This document shows positions 30,696 through 43,719 of a DNA stretch of 64,000 nucleotides, in pieces (position 1 is the stretch's first letter; each line of letters begins with the position of its first letter). The notes below the pieces were generated by a model, which worked only from the letters and a program-made list of their open reading frames with translations, was not told the DNA's origin and made no database searches. The stretch lies in NCBI GenBank assembly GCA_947588945.1, contig CANPZY010000002.1, forward strand, positions 29,592-93,591, given 5' to 3'. This stretch comes from an uncultured Clostridia bacterium. GTDB taxonomy: Bacteria; Bacillota; Clostridia; TANB77; CAG-508. The position numbers and the translations under genes are program-made.

Positions 30696-30988
30696 AATAA
30701 AGGGAAGATAAAGTGAAGAATAAAATTTTAAAAATAGAAGAAAGAGAATCGTTAAAAAGAAGCCAAAATAATAATATGATGTGTATACTTTGTGGAGATT
30801 TTGGTATATTAGATAAGCTAATATTAAAGTAAAATATTTGAAAAGGAGAGATGTCTTTTAAATAGATATTTCTCTTTTTTTGAATCTTAATTTGACAGAA
30901 TAAAAATAAATTTTTATAATTAAACTATATTAATTTAGGTTAAGGAGAAAGGGATTAATCAATTAAATAGATTAATATTTCTATATAA

Positions 30989-31897
30989 TTGATTGTACGA
31001 AAAAATATGCTAGAAAAATGTAATGTATGTCCAAGAAATTGTAAAGTTAATAGATTAAAAGGAGAAATAGGCTTTTGCAAATGTGATGATAAAATAAAAT
31101 TAGCACTAGTTTCTATACATAAGTTTGAAGAACCTTGCATTAGTGGAAAAAATGGTTCTGGAACAATTTTTTTTAGCAATTGTAATTTAAGATGTATATA
31201 TTGTCAAAACTATGAAATAAGTCAAGAAGGGGTTGGAAAAGAAGTATCTATCCAAAGATTAGCGGAGATTTTTATTGAGCAACAAAATAGAAATGTCAAT
31301 AATATAAATCTAGTAACGCCAACAATGTATATTTATCAAATAATAGAGGCTATAAAAATTGCAAAAGAAAATGGATTAAAAATTCCTATTATATACAATT
31401 CAAATGGATATGAAAATATAGAAACGATTAAGGCTTTAGATGGATACATTGATGTATATTTGCCAGACTTAAAATATTTTTATGATGAAATAGCAATAAA
31501 ATATTCAAGTGCACCAAATTATTTTGATATAGCAACTAAAGCAATACAAGAAATGTATAGACAAGTTGGAAAAGTAGAACTTGACCAAAATGGTATTATA
31601 AAAAAAGGAGTGATAATAAGACATTTGATCCTTCCAAACCATATACAAAATTCAAAAAATATTTTAAAATGGATAAAAGATGATATGCCAAATGGTGTAT
31701 TTGTAAGTATAATGGCTCAATATTTTCCAACATATAAAGCAAAAGAAGATAATTTTTTAAACAGAAAAGTTTCAAGAAAAGAATATAATGAGATACAAAA
31801 TTATATTTATAAAATTGGATTAGAAAATGGATATATACAGGATTTAGAAGATTGCGAAGAAGGATATGTACCAAATTTTAATTTAGAAAATGTATAG
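30989..31897 (+). CDS. radical SAM domain protein (PflX/activating-enzyme-like)
   Basis: CNVCPRNC...GFC N-terminal Cys motif plus the radical SAM motif SNCNLRCIYCQN. Confidence 0.7.
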   Translation: MIVRKNMLEKCNVCPRNCKVNRLKGEIGFCKCDDKIKLALVSIHKFEEPCISGKNGSGTIFFSNCNLRCIYCQNYEISQEGVGKEVSIQRLAEIFIEQQNRNVNNINLVTPTMYIYQIIEAIKIAKENGLKIPIIYNSNGYENIETIKALDGYIDVYLPDLKYFYDEIAIKYSSAPNYFDIATKAIQEMYRQVGKVELDQNGIIKKGVIIRHLILPNHIQNSKNILKWIKDDMPNGVFVSIMAQYFPTYKAKEDNFLNRKVSRKEYNEIQNYIYKIGLENGYIQDLEDCEEGYVPNFNLENV

Positions 31898-32083
31898 AAG
31901 AAATAAAATCGTATAAAATATTTTTAACAATATAAAAAAATAGTGAAAATATGCAATATTGTGCAATAAAAAATAATGTAATAAAAATGTAATAAAAAAA
32001 TAAGCAAATTATATTGATAAAAAAAAATTAATGTAGTATATTAAAGATATATATTACTGGAAAAAACAAAGGAGGAACAAGAT

Positions 32084-32323
32084 ATGGAAGAAAATGAATC
32101 AAAAGAATATACAAAAGTTCCAGCGAAGGTTGGTATGTGGTCAAGTTTTAAGAGCTATTGGTTACAACCTATAGTTGTAGAGTTAACACCTTATCAAAAG
32201 AAAATATTTAAAGAAGTAAGTGACTTTTGGAATCAAGAAGTTTACTATGATAAAGGATTTCATTTAAGACCAAGACAAGATTTTGCACAACCAGCTGAAC
32301 CAGAAGTAAATGTAATGTTATAA
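32084..32323 (+). CDS. hypothetical protein (79 aa)
   Basis: Strong RBS AAGGAGG; no recognisable motif. Confidence 0.3.
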   Translation: MEENESKEYTKVPAKVGMWSSFKSYWLQPIVVELTPYQKKIFKEVSDFWNQEVYYDKGFHLRPRQDFAQPAEPEVNVML

Positions 32324-32332
32324 ATATATTAA

Positions 32333-33592
<1,260 letters not shown>

Positions 33593-33597
33593 ATAAA

Positions 33598-33640
33598 AAA
33601 GAAGGGTCCTATAAAAATAGGATACCTTCTTTTTTTTATG
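33598..33640. terminator. bidirectional rho-independent terminator between gapA and the convergent SPFH gene
   Basis: Stem gaagggtcctat / ataggataccttc followed by a T9 run. Confidence 0.75.
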
Positions 33641-33659
33641 TATATTATATAATTTACTA

Positions 33660-34592
33660 TTAATTATCATTATGAGCTTTATTTTCTTTATTTTCATTTT
33701 TGTCTTTTACGCTTTCAGCTAGAGCACCAAGACTTGCTAAACTTGAAGTAGCTTCAAATGGAATAAATACTTTGTTAGCATCACCATTTGCAACATCTTG
33801 TAAGGTTTCTAGAGATTTTAATTGTACTAGAGTTTGACTTGGATTTGCCTTCATCATAGCACCATAAACCATTTTAACTTCATCTGCTTTAGCTTCTGCA
33901 ACTCTTCTTATAGCATCTGCATCTCCGGCAGCTCTTCTAATTTTAGCCTCTCTATCAGCATCAGCTTGAAGGATAGCAGCTTCTTTTTCACCTTGTGCTT
34001 TAAGAACAGCAGCTTGTCTTTCACCCTCAGCTTGAAGGATTGCAGCCCTTTTATTTCTTTCAGCATTCATTTGTTTTTCCATTGCATCTCTAATATCTTG
34101 TGGTGGTGTAATATCTTGAATTTCAACTCTCTCAATTGTACATCCCCACTTGCTAGTTGCTTCATCAAGAATTGCTCTTAATTTATCATTAATGATGTCT
34201 CTTGAACTAAAAGTTGAATCTAAATCCATTTTACCAATTAAATCTCTCATTGTTGTAACAGAAAGATATTCTATACCTTTCTTTAAACTTTGAATTTCAT
34301 AAACTGCTTTTGATGGATCAACTACCTTATAAAATACAACCGTATTAATTTTAATAGTAACGTTATCTTTAGTGATAACCTCTTGAGGAGCTATATCTAA
34401 GGTTTGTTGTTTTAAACTTACAATACTACGAACATGATCAACAAATGGAATTATTATTGTTAAACCAGCATCTGCAACTTTATGAAATTTTCCTAATCTC
34501 TCTATAATATATACTTCAGATTGTCTAACTATTTTTATACTTAGTGCTAAACAAATTATAACTAATATAATCAATATGATTAAAAACCACAT
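33660..34592 (-). CDS. SPFH/band-7 (stomatin/flotillin-like) membrane protein
   Basis: N-terminal TM, an SPFH core (VRQSEVYIIERLGKF...), and a coiled Ala/Glu/Gln-rich repeat region (AAILQAEGERQAAVLKAQGEKEAAILQA). Confidence 0.8.
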   Translation of the reverse strand: MWFLIILIILVIICLALSIKIVRQSEVYIIERLGKFHKVADAGLTIIIPFVDHVRSIVSLKQQTLDIAPQEVITKDNVTIKINTVVFYKVVDPSKAVYEIQSLKKGIEYLSVTTMRDLIGKMDLDSTFSSRDIINDKLRAILDEATSKWGCTIERVEIQDITPPQDIRDAMEKQMNAERNKRAAILQAEGERQAAVLKAQGEKEAAILQADADREAKIRRAAGDADAIRRVAEAKADEVKMVYGAMMKANPSQTLVQLKSLETLQDVANGDANKVFIPFEATSSLASLGALAESVKDKNENKENKAHNDN

Positions 34593-34800
34593 AGATTAAA
34601 CCTCCTTAATTAAAACTAAAATAATTATATCATATTTTTAGCAAAAAATAAAGAGTTTTTTGTAATATTACGAGATAATATTACAAAAAAATTACAGATA
34701 TATTAAATTATAGAAACAATGAGAAAATTTATTGCTTAAAAAAGGTAAAAGTTATAAAATGAAAAAGATTAATAAATAATTATTTAGGGAGGATTATAAA

Positions 34801-35757
34801 ATGGCAACATTAAATCCATTAGAGAAAAAGGCACGTTCATCTTTTATAAAAGGATTATTAATTTCAGGACTTATAGGAGTAATAATAATAGCATTATTGG
34901 TATTATGGATATTTAAATTAAATGGACAAGAGAAAGAAAGGATAGCAGCCCAAAAAACAGTAGTAGTCTTAAAGGCAGAAGTAAAATCAGGAGAAGAAAT
35001 AACTTCTGATATGTTATCAACTCAACTAGCAAATGCAGAGGTAGCAACATCTGGAGCTATAACAATGGGACAATTCAGCGAATTATCTGAAATTACAGAT
35101 GAAGCAGGAAATTTAATTCCAGTTAAAGTTTTAGCAAAAATTGATATTCCAGCAAAAAGTATATTAACTGCAGATATGATTTCAACTGAAGAAGAGGTTG
35201 TTACAGATGACTTAAGAGAGCAAGAATATAATATGATAGTGCCAATTACAAACCTAGAAAGTGGAGATACAATAGATATAAGGCTTAGATTACCTAGTGG
35301 AGAAGATTATATAGTTATTTCAAAGAAGAAAGTAACACTAACTGATTTAGGAGGAGTGTATTCAACAGAAACATTACTACTAAATGTTACAGAAGAAGAA
35401 ATCTTAACAATGAGTGCAGCAATAGTTGACGCATATCAAATATCGGGAAGTAAATTATATGCAACTAAATATACTGATCCTGGACTTCAAGGAAAAGCAT
35501 CTTCGACTTATGTACCATCACAAGCAACAGTAAGGTTAGTAGATACAGATCCTAATATACTTTCAACTGCAAGAAATGAATTAATTAATAGATATAATAA
35601 TACTTATTCACAATATAGACAGGGTGTAAATGATGCTTTGGGCGCAATTGATGAATCAATTAAATCATCTGGAATACAATCAAATACTGAGTCAGAAATT
35701 GCAACACAAGAAGCAGAAAGAAAAACGTATCTTGAATCAGTTTATGGGGTAGAATAA
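34801..35757 (+). CDS. CpaB/RcpC-like (SAF-domain) pilus assembly protein, tentative
   Basis: Single N-terminal TM, then a beta-rich region with a VVLKAEVKSGEEITSDML segment resembling the SAF domain of CpaB; heads the Tad-like locus. Confidence 0.4.
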   Translation: MATLNPLEKKARSSFIKGLLISGLIGVIIIALLVLWIFKLNGQEKERIAAQKTVVVLKAEVKSGEEITSDMLSTQLANAEVATSGAITMGQFSELSEITDEAGNLIPVKVLAKIDIPAKSILTADMISTEEEVVTDDLREQEYNMIVPITNLESGDTIDIRLRLPSGEDYIVISKKKVTLTDLGGVYSTETLLLNVTEEEILTMSAAIVDAYQISGSKLYATKYTDPGLQGKASSTYVPSQATVRLVDTDPNILSTARNELINRYNNTYSQYRQGVNDALGAIDESIKSSGIQSNTESEIATQEAERKTYLESVYGVE

Positions 35758-35786
35758 TATTATAAATATAGAAAGGATAGATAAAA

Positions 35787-36470
35787 TTGGAGCAAATAGG
35801 ATTTATTGGAACTTATGATAAAAAAGACTTACTTCTTAACATTGCTAGAGTATTAATGAATTTTAATAAAAAAGTTTTAATAGTTGATGCAACAACTACG
35901 CAAAGATTAAGATATGTTGTTCCAAGAATTGAAAATGCACAAGGAAACACTTATATAAGTGAATATATAGAGATTGATGTAGCATTGGGATTTATGAATT
36001 ATAATGGGATAATGCAATATTTAGGGCATGGATTAAACTATGACATAATCTTAGTTGACACAGATAATATCCAAACCTTCAATTCATTTATGCTACCTAA
36101 TTCTGCAAAGAACTTTTTTGTAACATCTTATGACGAATATGAATTACAAAGAGGATTAGAAGTTTTTAGATTCCTACAACAACAGATGGAAATATATAAA
36201 GTTATATATTCAGCAAATATTAACAACAAAGAAGATGATTATCTAAATCATTTAGTTGAAGGAACTAATGTTACATGGAAAAAAGAGAAAGTTGAATTTG
36301 CAGACACAATTAATGATAGAAAGGCTACGTTAGAAAACCAATTAACCAAAGACATTATATTAAAAAATTATACATCAACTTATAAAGACAGTTTAGAATA
36401 TTTAATTTCATTAATGGTTGGTGAATACATCAATCAATCAGACATAAGAAGAATGATAAAAAAAATGTAG
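35787..36470 (+). CDS. degenerate ParA/MinD-fold protein (CpaE/TadZ-like), TTG start
   Basis: GFIGTYDKKDLLLNIARVL...LIVDATT: P-loop-like fold without a canonical Walker A. Confidence 0.35.
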   Translation: MEQIGFIGTYDKKDLLLNIARVLMNFNKKVLIVDATTTQRLRYVVPRIENAQGNTYISEYIEIDVALGFMNYNGIMQYLGHGLNYDIILVDTDNIQTFNSFMLPNSAKNFFVTSYDEYELQRGLEVFRFLQQQMEIYKVIYSANINNKEDDYLNHLVEGTNVTWKKEKVEFADTINDRKATLENQLTKDIILKNYTSTYKDSLEYLISLMVGEYINQSDIRRMIKKM

Positions 36471-36488
36471 AAAGGACTTAATTAAAAA

Positions 36489-37334
36489 ATGTCAATTATA
36501 ACATTTGTAAATAAAGACATGAAAGAGAGTGGACAAACACTTTCAGTTGCTGCAATTGCAACACTCATGGCTATAGAACATAATTATAGAATACTAGTTA
36601 TTTCTACAGATTTTAATGATAAAACAATGGAAGAATGTTATTTTAATAGCACAGGTGGAAAATTTAGAAATCCTTATTCAAAGTCACTTAATGCAGATAT
36701 TGCAAATGGACTAGAAGGGTTAATAAGAATGTTCGCAAGTAATAGGGCGGATAAAGAAGTCATTAGAAGCTATACAAGGCCTATTTTAAAAGATAGATTA
36801 GATATTTTGCAACCACCAAAAACTACAGATTTTAAGGAATATTTAAACATTTCAACATATTTTTCACAAATAGCAGATGTAGCAAATACAGCATATGACA
36901 TGGTCTTAGTAGATTTATCAAATAAAGTTCCTGAAGAAAATGCTAGAAAACTTATGGATATTTCTTCGCTAGTAGTTGTAGGACTTAACCAAAATATGAA
37001 ATCTATGATAAATTTTGAACTTCTAAAAAAAGAAGATGAATTTTATAGAAGAACCAATGTATTAATAATTATTGGAAAATATAATCTACATTCTAAATAT
37101 ACTGCAAAAAATATAGGAAGATTCTTAAAAGAAAAAAACGTTCCTATTGTAGTACCATATAGCATACTTTTTGCAGATAATTGCTCAGATGGAAAAATTT
37201 TAGATTACTTTTTATCATTACAGACTTTAGGAAGTGGGAATACTAAAAATTTATATTTTTGTTCACAGGTTAGAGAAGCTGTTGAAAAAATAGATTATTT
37301 AAGACAAGCATATGAATTTGGACTAAATAAATAA
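36489..37334 (+). CDS. degenerate ParA/MinD-fold protein (CpaE/TadZ-like)
   Basis: ITFVNKDMKESGQTLSVAAIATLMA...ILVISTD: same fold, non-canonical P-loop. Confidence 0.35.
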   Translation: MSIITFVNKDMKESGQTLSVAAIATLMAIEHNYRILVISTDFNDKTMEECYFNSTGGKFRNPYSKSLNADIANGLEGLIRMFASNRADKEVIRSYTRPILKDRLDILQPPKTTDFKEYLNISTYFSQIADVANTAYDMVLVDLSNKVPEENARKLMDISSLVVVGLNQNMKSMINFELLKKEDEFYRRTNVLIIIGKYNLHSKYTAKNIGRFLKEKNVPIVVPYSILFADNCSDGKILDYFLSLQTLGSGNTKNLYFCSQVREAVEKIDYLRQAYEFGLNK

Positions 37335-37390
37335 TAATACTTAAGATAAATAAAAAAACAAACAGAGGGAGAAAGGAGCATTACGAAATT

Positions 37391-39302
37391 ATGTTAGTCA
37401 ACCTTATAATTATTGCAGTAATTTTATTTGCAATTTATGCATTAATAAAAAGAAACATAAAAAAGACTCAAGATGCAGAAGTAGAGGAAAATGTTGTTGT
37501 TGATGATAAAACATATACTTTAGAAATGATGATGAATTTCATTAAAAAGAGACTAGATGAAATTACTAAAGTAAACCTTTACGATTTAGGTCTTTCAGAA
37601 GAAGAGTTAAAAAGAAGAAAGAATAAAAAATATGAGTTAAAAAAGGCCTTAAAAGGTTGTACATATGGAGACGTTAATGATAAAAAATATGTAAAAGAGC
37701 TTATATTTGATTTACTTATTAAAGAATATGGAGTTGATGAAACTAATGTATCAAAAGCAATACCATTTGATGTTCCATCTCTTTTAACTCCACAAGATAA
37801 ATTTGATATAATAATTTTTATGTATAAAAAAGACTTTGGATATGAAGCTCTAACCCAACTTATAAAAAAATATCACTTAGCAGAACTTAAATATACATCA
37901 GGAGATGCAAAACCATCATATGTTATTACTCCAGAAGAAATAAGTGATATTTATGAAAAAGAAAACTTTAATTTAACATTTGAAGATAAATTAATGGTAG
38001 TTGTACAAAGAATATACCAAAGATATAAGGGATATAGTTCAATAGATGAAGTAAGAGATATGAATATAGATGGTGTATCTGGTGGTGTATCTGGATTACC
38101 AGAAAGCTTCTTAAGCCAGGTTGCACAAACAGACAGTAGTTACTTAAACCAAGTTATGGATCATAAAGTTCCTCGTGCTTGTGATAGTATATGGATATTC
38201 TTCCAAGGTAAATCAATACGTTTAGCATTTCTATCATTTGGAACAGAAGCAGAATTAAAAAGAGTTTGCCAGAATATTTACAAATATAATAACCCAGGAC
38301 AATTATCAGACACAAATGGTTATAAAATCAATGAAATGAAAGATGGTTCTCGTGTCGTAGTTGTAAGACCATCATTCTCAGAAACATGGGCATTCTTCGT
38401 AAGAAAGTTCGACGTAAAGAGAGCAACACTAGAACAGTTAATTACAATACCAGGAAAAGAAGATACAATAGATTTATTAAAATACTTAGTAAAAGGAGCA
38501 AGAATTATATCACTTACTGGTGAGCAGGGTTGTGGTAAAACAACAATGCTTATGGGTATGATAGAAAATATATATGAAACAATGAACATTCGTGTTCAGG
38601 AAACTGCATTCGAGCTTCACTTAAGAAAAATATATCCAACTAGAAATATACTTACATTTAGAGAAACAGATACAATTTCAGGACAACAAGGTCTTGATGT
38701 TCAAAAGAAAACCGATGGTTCTGTAAACATAATTCGGAGAGGTTGCAACAGACCCCGTAGCATCTTGGATGATTCAAGCTGCCCAGGTTGCATCTAAATT
38801 TACATTATTTACTCACCACGCTAAGACATTTCCAAACTTAGTTACAGCATTAAGAAACTCAATGCTTAGAAATGGTGACTTCACTAATGAAATTGTTGCA
38901 GCAGAACAGGTTGTACAAGTTCTTAACTTTGATATACATTTAGTTAAAGACTTTAAAGGAAACAGATATATTGAAAGAATTACAGAATGTATCCCACTAG
39001 AAGATGTAAATGACTATACATTTGACCATCAAAAAGAGAAAACATTAGAAGGAAAATTTGAAAAATTTGTTGATAATACAACTAGATATTATACTAAGGA
39101 AACAAACAAAGAATTATTTAAATATGTAAATATTCTTGAATATCAAGATGGTGCCTATGTTATTACAAATAAAATATCAGACCATAACTTACAAGAAATG
39201 TTACTTAATATGGATGATACTGATGCTACTGCATTTAAAGAGTTTGTTAGTAGAAAATGGGGCGTTAGATTTAATGATATAGGACAAGTTGTAAAGAACT
39301 AA
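37391..39302 (+). pseudogene. membrane-anchored VirB11/CpaF-family secretion ATPase, +1 frameshift (extra C at 38735)
   Basis: N-terminal TM; Walker A LTGEQGCGKTTMLMGM; ...TDGSVNII then frame loss. The +1 frame continues GEVATDPVASWMIQAAQVASKFTLFTHHAKT, which parallels CpaF [31 protein letters not shown]. Removing C38735 (attCgga) restores one frame. Confidence 0.75.
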
Positions 39303-39345
39303 AAAATATAAAAATAATTAAAGATAAGGAGGTGGAGCTTTAAAA

Positions 39346-41419
39346 GTGAGCACAAATGTATTAATAATTTTTGTTCGGAATAGCTGCAATATTATTATTT
39401 GGAATAGTATTCTTGTACCTTGGATTAAAGAAAAGAATGAGAAATGAAGACGTAATGAGAATAGAAAAACTTAGAAAAGGTACAGAAGAGAAAAGCTTTT
39501 CTAGTGATGTATTCTATCAAAAATTATATATAAAATTTTTAAAGACTCCATTTATAAAAAGATATTTATTAAAAATAAGGCGTAGACTTGAAATAAATAA
39601 CTTAGACGATGAATTTATTACAAGACAAGATAGTGCTAAAATTGTATTTAAAGCATTACTTATTATCATTCCATTAACTATACTAGTAATTGTTATTACA
39701 AATAAAAACTTATTATTAATGTCTATAATACTTGTATTTGAATTATTTATAGTAGACTCATTTTCTGATGGAATGGTAGATAAATTAGATAATAACCTAT
39801 TAATACAACAAATTGACTTTTTTGCATCAATGAGACATGCTTATCATGAAACAAATATGGTTGGAGAAGCAATTTATTCAACTGCTCAAGATACAGAAAA
39901 TGTTGAAATGTCAAGACAAGCAGAAAAAATTTATGAAATATTAAATTCACAAGACCCAGAAACAGAACTTGAAAAATATTATGATATTGCACCAAATAAC
40001 TATATAAAAGAATTTGCTGGAATTTCATATTTAACTCAAGAGTTTGGTGATAGAAGAGTTGATGGAGCTTCACTTTATTTAAAAAACTTAGAAAATATTA
40101 CGCAAGAAATGCAGATTGAAATATTAAAAAGGGATAAATTAAATTATACATTTCAAAGTTTATCAGTAATATCAATTATTCCAATGCTTTTATTAGAGCC
40201 ACTTAAGAGTTGGGCTATATCAAATTTCTCATTTACAAAAAACTTTTATGAGGGCAAACAAGGTCTAATAGTACAAATACTTATTATGCTTGCAACCTTT
40301 ATTTGTTATATTTTAATAAGAAAATTAAAAGATAATGGTTCAGTAAAAAAGGTACAAGATGAACAAAATCCTTGGCAAGCAAAATTATATGAAAAACCAT
40401 TTGTGAAAAAGTTTGTAGATCAATTTATTCCTAAAGAAGGAACAAAAGAGCGTAGAAAATTAAGAAATTTACTTAAAGATTCAGCATCTAAAACAAAAAT
40501 TGAATGGCTTTATATTAATAGAATTTTAATTACTATTGCAGTATTTTTAGGGTCTCTGATATTCTTTTTTGCATTACATAAAATTCAAATTAATTATATT
40601 TATACTCAGCCAACAACTGATTATGATCTGATAGGTGAGATGTCAGCTAAAGAAACTGTTACAGCTATGGCGAAAACAAAAATGCATAATGCAATACTTG
40701 ACAAAATGAAGGGAAATAGGCATGCAACTTTAGATGATGTTATAAAAACAATGAAAAAATCAAAAGAGTATAAAGATGCATCAGAAGAAGATATTGAAAA
40801 AGAGGCACCTACTATTTTAGAAAAATTGCAAACAATTAATTCAGAATATTTGCAATGGTTTGAAGTATTAATGGCAACTTTATTTTCACTTATTGGATAT
40901 GCATCTCCAATATTACTATTGAAATTCCAAGTAAGAATGAGACAGATGGATATGGAAGATGAAGTTATGCAATTCCAGACTATTATCATGATGCTAATGA
41001 GACTAGAGAGAGTTGACGTTGAGATGATTCTAGAATGGCTTGGAAGATATGCCGATATATTTAGAGAACCAATAAATAAATGTTTAAATAACTATGAAAG
41101 TGGTGCATGGGAAGCATTAGAAGAAATGAAAGAAGATGTATCATATCAAGAGTTTATAAGAATAATAGAAAGCTTGCAAACAGCAGTAGAAAAAGTTCCA
41201 ATAAAAGAAGCATTTGATGAACTTGATGCTGATAGAGATTATTATAGAGACAAGAGAAAAGAATCAAATGAAAGATTAATTAAGAGAAAAGGTATGATAG
41301 GAAAAGCAATTGGATTTACACCTATGGTATTAGTATTTGTTGGATATCTAGTTGTTCCACTTGTATTAATAGGAATGACGAGTATGTCATCATCATTCGA
41401 TTCAATGTCTAATCTATAA
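39346..41419 (+). pseudogene. large polytopic membrane protein (fused TadB/TadC, GspF-like, tentative), +1 frameshift 30 nt after a GTG start (extra C at 39376)
   Basis: RBS AAGGAGGTG sits 8 nt before GTG 39346; that frame stops after 33 codons, while the 682-aa ORF continues in the +1 frame from gttCgga; deleting C39376 joins VSTNVLIIFV-GIAAILLFGIV... Confidence 0.5.
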
Positions 41420-41478
41420 TAATATTAAATAAATCAATTCTATAAAAAATATTGATTGTATTGTGAAAGGAAACAATA

Positions 41479-42024
41479 ATGGAAAATGCATCTAAGGCAA
41501 TAATAATGGCTGGAGGAATACTAATTGCTCTACTTGTTGTATCTACACTAATAATTGGCTGGAATAGAATAACAGATTATCAAAGAGTAGAGGAAGAAAG
41601 TGAAACATTAGAGCAATTAGCTAAATTTAATAAAGAATTTGAATCATATAATAAAGGTGTTGTTAGAGGCTATGAACTTATTTCTTTATTTAATTTAGCA
41701 CAAGATACTAATGAAAGATATAGTGAAGATGAAGGATTTAAAAATTTAGAAGTATTTGTGAAATTTTTAAAAAATACTACAGTTGTTATCAATAGTGGAG
41801 ATGAAAAAGCACAAAAAAAGCTTACAGCAGGTTATATAGATTTATCAGTTTTTATAAAAGACTATTATAATTATTCTATTGAACATGGACAAACAGATTA
41901 TTCAAAAATATTTAAAGAATCATATTTTCAATGTGATAGAACTGAATATGATGGAGAAGTTGAAGGAAAAGGATCAGGAAGAATCCAAAAGCTTTACTTC
42001 ACTCAAATAGAGAGAATAAATTAA
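41479..42024 (+). CDS. putative (pseudo)pilin-like secreted protein, paralog 1 (leader MENASKAIIMAGGILI)
   Basis: Conserved N-terminal MENASKA(L/I)I(I/M)AG plus a hydrophobic helix shared by four adjacent genes. Confidence 0.45.
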   Translation: MENASKAIIMAGGILIALLVVSTLIIGWNRITDYQRVEEESETLEQLAKFNKEFESYNKGVVRGYELISLFNLAQDTNERYSEDEGFKNLEVFVKFLKNTTVVINSGDEKAQKKLTAGYIDLSVFIKDYYNYSIEHGQTDYSKIFKESYFQCDRTEYDGEVEGKGSGRIQKLYFTQIERIN

Positions 42025-42078
42025 ACTTTCTAGAAAATATAAAATTTACCAAGTAAAATAAAAATTGGAGGAAGATAA

Positions 42079-42648
42079 ATGGAAAATGCCTCAAAAGCTC
42101 TGATTATTGCAGGGGAAGTATTAATAGGCATAATGGTACTAACTTTAATGATATATATTTTTAGTGCATTTGGAAATTTTTCTTCTAATATGCATGAAAG
42201 TATGGTAAAATCACAAATAGCACAATTTAATGAAAACTTTTTTACTTATGAAAATAGAACTAATATTACAGCAACAGAAATTGTAACAATAATTAATTTT
42301 GCAAAGCAATCAAACGATTCTAGAGAATTAACAAGAAATGAAAGAACTTCAGAATACTATGTAAGAGTATTTATAGATGATGTAGATGTATTTAATAATA
42401 CAAAATACATATCTAATGATTATGACTATAATGAAGGATTAACAGAAGTTTTAAATAATTTTATAAAAAATAATAATACGAGCTACTTTAGTTGTAATGC
42501 TTCCCTTGAAAAAAAAGGAGATAATTTGCAAGTAAATTACGATAAATATACAAATGATATTGTTGTACAAGAAAAAACAGGTTTAGTTAATGAAATACAC
42601 TTTCATAAAATAGATGAAAATATTATCTCTATTCCAAAAAGTTTTTAA
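42079..42648 (+). CDS. putative (pseudo)pilin-like protein, paralog 2 (MENASKALIIAGEVLI)
   Basis: Same leader. Confidence 0.45.
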   Translation: MENASKALIIAGEVLIGIMVLTLMIYIFSAFGNFSSNMHESMVKSQIAQFNENFFTYENRTNITATEIVTIINFAKQSNDSRELTRNERTSEYYVRVFIDDVDVFNNTKYISNDYDYNEGLTEVLNNFIKNNNTSYFSCNASLEKKGDNLQVNYDKYTNDIVVQEKTGLVNEIHFHKIDENIISIPKSF

Positions 42649-42699
42649 ATTAAATTATTGCATTTAAAAATTTTTAATGATATAATTAAAGGGATTTTT

Positions 42700-43125
42700 A
42701 TGAAGAAAATATCAATAATTATTTTATGTATAATAGCAATTATTTCAGGCGTAGCTTATGGATTTGCCAATTATAAAGCTAAACAAGGTGAAAGAAATAT
42801 AAATAATTCAATATATGCTAATTTATATGAAAAAGATATAAATGGAAATGATTTAGCAACAATAATAAATAAAACACTTGATAATAATGAAAAAAATAAT
42901 ATAGAAAAAGATGAAAATGGTATATATAAAGATAACAACAAAAATTCAATAAAAATAGAAATAAAATTTAAACAAAGTGATAATATAATATCAATAGAAA
43001 AAATTTATAATAGTAAAATTTCTAGGTTTATTGAACTTTATGGACAAGTTATGTTTAAATGTACAAAAATAGAATATCATACAAAAACTAAATTAGTGAA
43101 ATACTTATATTTTGAAGAAATTTAA
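42700..43125 (+). CDS. small secreted protein with signal peptide (MKKISIIILCIIAIISGVAYG)
   Basis: Start chosen at the internal ATG with a signal-peptide-like N-terminus. Confidence 0.35.
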   Translation: MKKISIIILCIIAIISGVAYGFANYKAKQGERNINNSIYANLYEKDINGNDLATIINKTLDNNEKNNIEKDENGIYKDNNKNSIKIEIKFKQSDNIISIEKIYNSKISRFIELYGQVMFKCTKIEYHTKTKLVKYLYFEEI

Positions 43126-43217
43126 ATTTAGATATTAAGTTTTGTCTTACTAAAGACGAATTATAAAATGATAAAATATCATATAATTTTTAATAATCAA
43201 AGGAGGAAATTTTTAAT

Positions 43218-43691
43218 ATGGAAAATGCGTCAAAAGCTTTAATTATAGCAGGAGCAATTTTAATTTCAATTTTACTTATAGGATTAGGAGTAGGTGTTTA
43301 TCAAATGGCAGCAGGAACTACAAAAAGTGCTAACCTAGATTCAAAAGCAGCACAAGCACAAAATAGTCAATTTGAAGATTTGTTTGGAGCAAGAAAATCA
43401 GCTGCAGATGTAAAAAATCTTATGACATTAGTTAGAAATAATAATATTACTGGAAATACAAAAGATGAGCAAGTAGAAATTCATGTTCTTTACAATGGTA
43501 CAGAGAGTACTCCTTCAGGGGTATCAAAATTGGTAAAGGCAGGTAAAACATATTGGGTTAATGTAGAAAATGATAATGCTTGGGATGGAAAAGGTGACGA
43601 TGAATCAATTACTAAAGATTCAGAAGCATATTATGACACAGGATATCTTAGAGTAATAAGTATTTATGAAGGAGAACATGAATCGGAGTAA
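43218..43691 (+). CDS. putative (pseudo)pilin-like protein, paralog 3 (MENASKALIIAGAILI)
   Basis: Same leader; RBS AGGAGG. Confidence 0.45.
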   Translation: MENASKALIIAGAILISILLIGLGVGVYQMAAGTTKSANLDSKAAQAQNSQFEDLFGARKSAADVKNLMTLVRNNNITGNTKDEQVEIHVLYNGTESTPSGVSKLVKAGKTYWVNVENDNAWDGKGDDESITKDSEAYYDTGYLRVISIYEGEHESE

Positions 43692-43719
43692 TAATAATGC
43701 TTTTTAGAGGAGCTTAATT

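Larger units (their letters stand above)
28395..30900. mobile_element. decayed DGR/integrative-element island (avd remnant, TR, inverted RT remnant, xis, deleted int)
   Basis: Cluster of truncated mobile-element genes immediately 3' of the VR-bearing target gene; patches of atypically high GC. Confidence 0.5.
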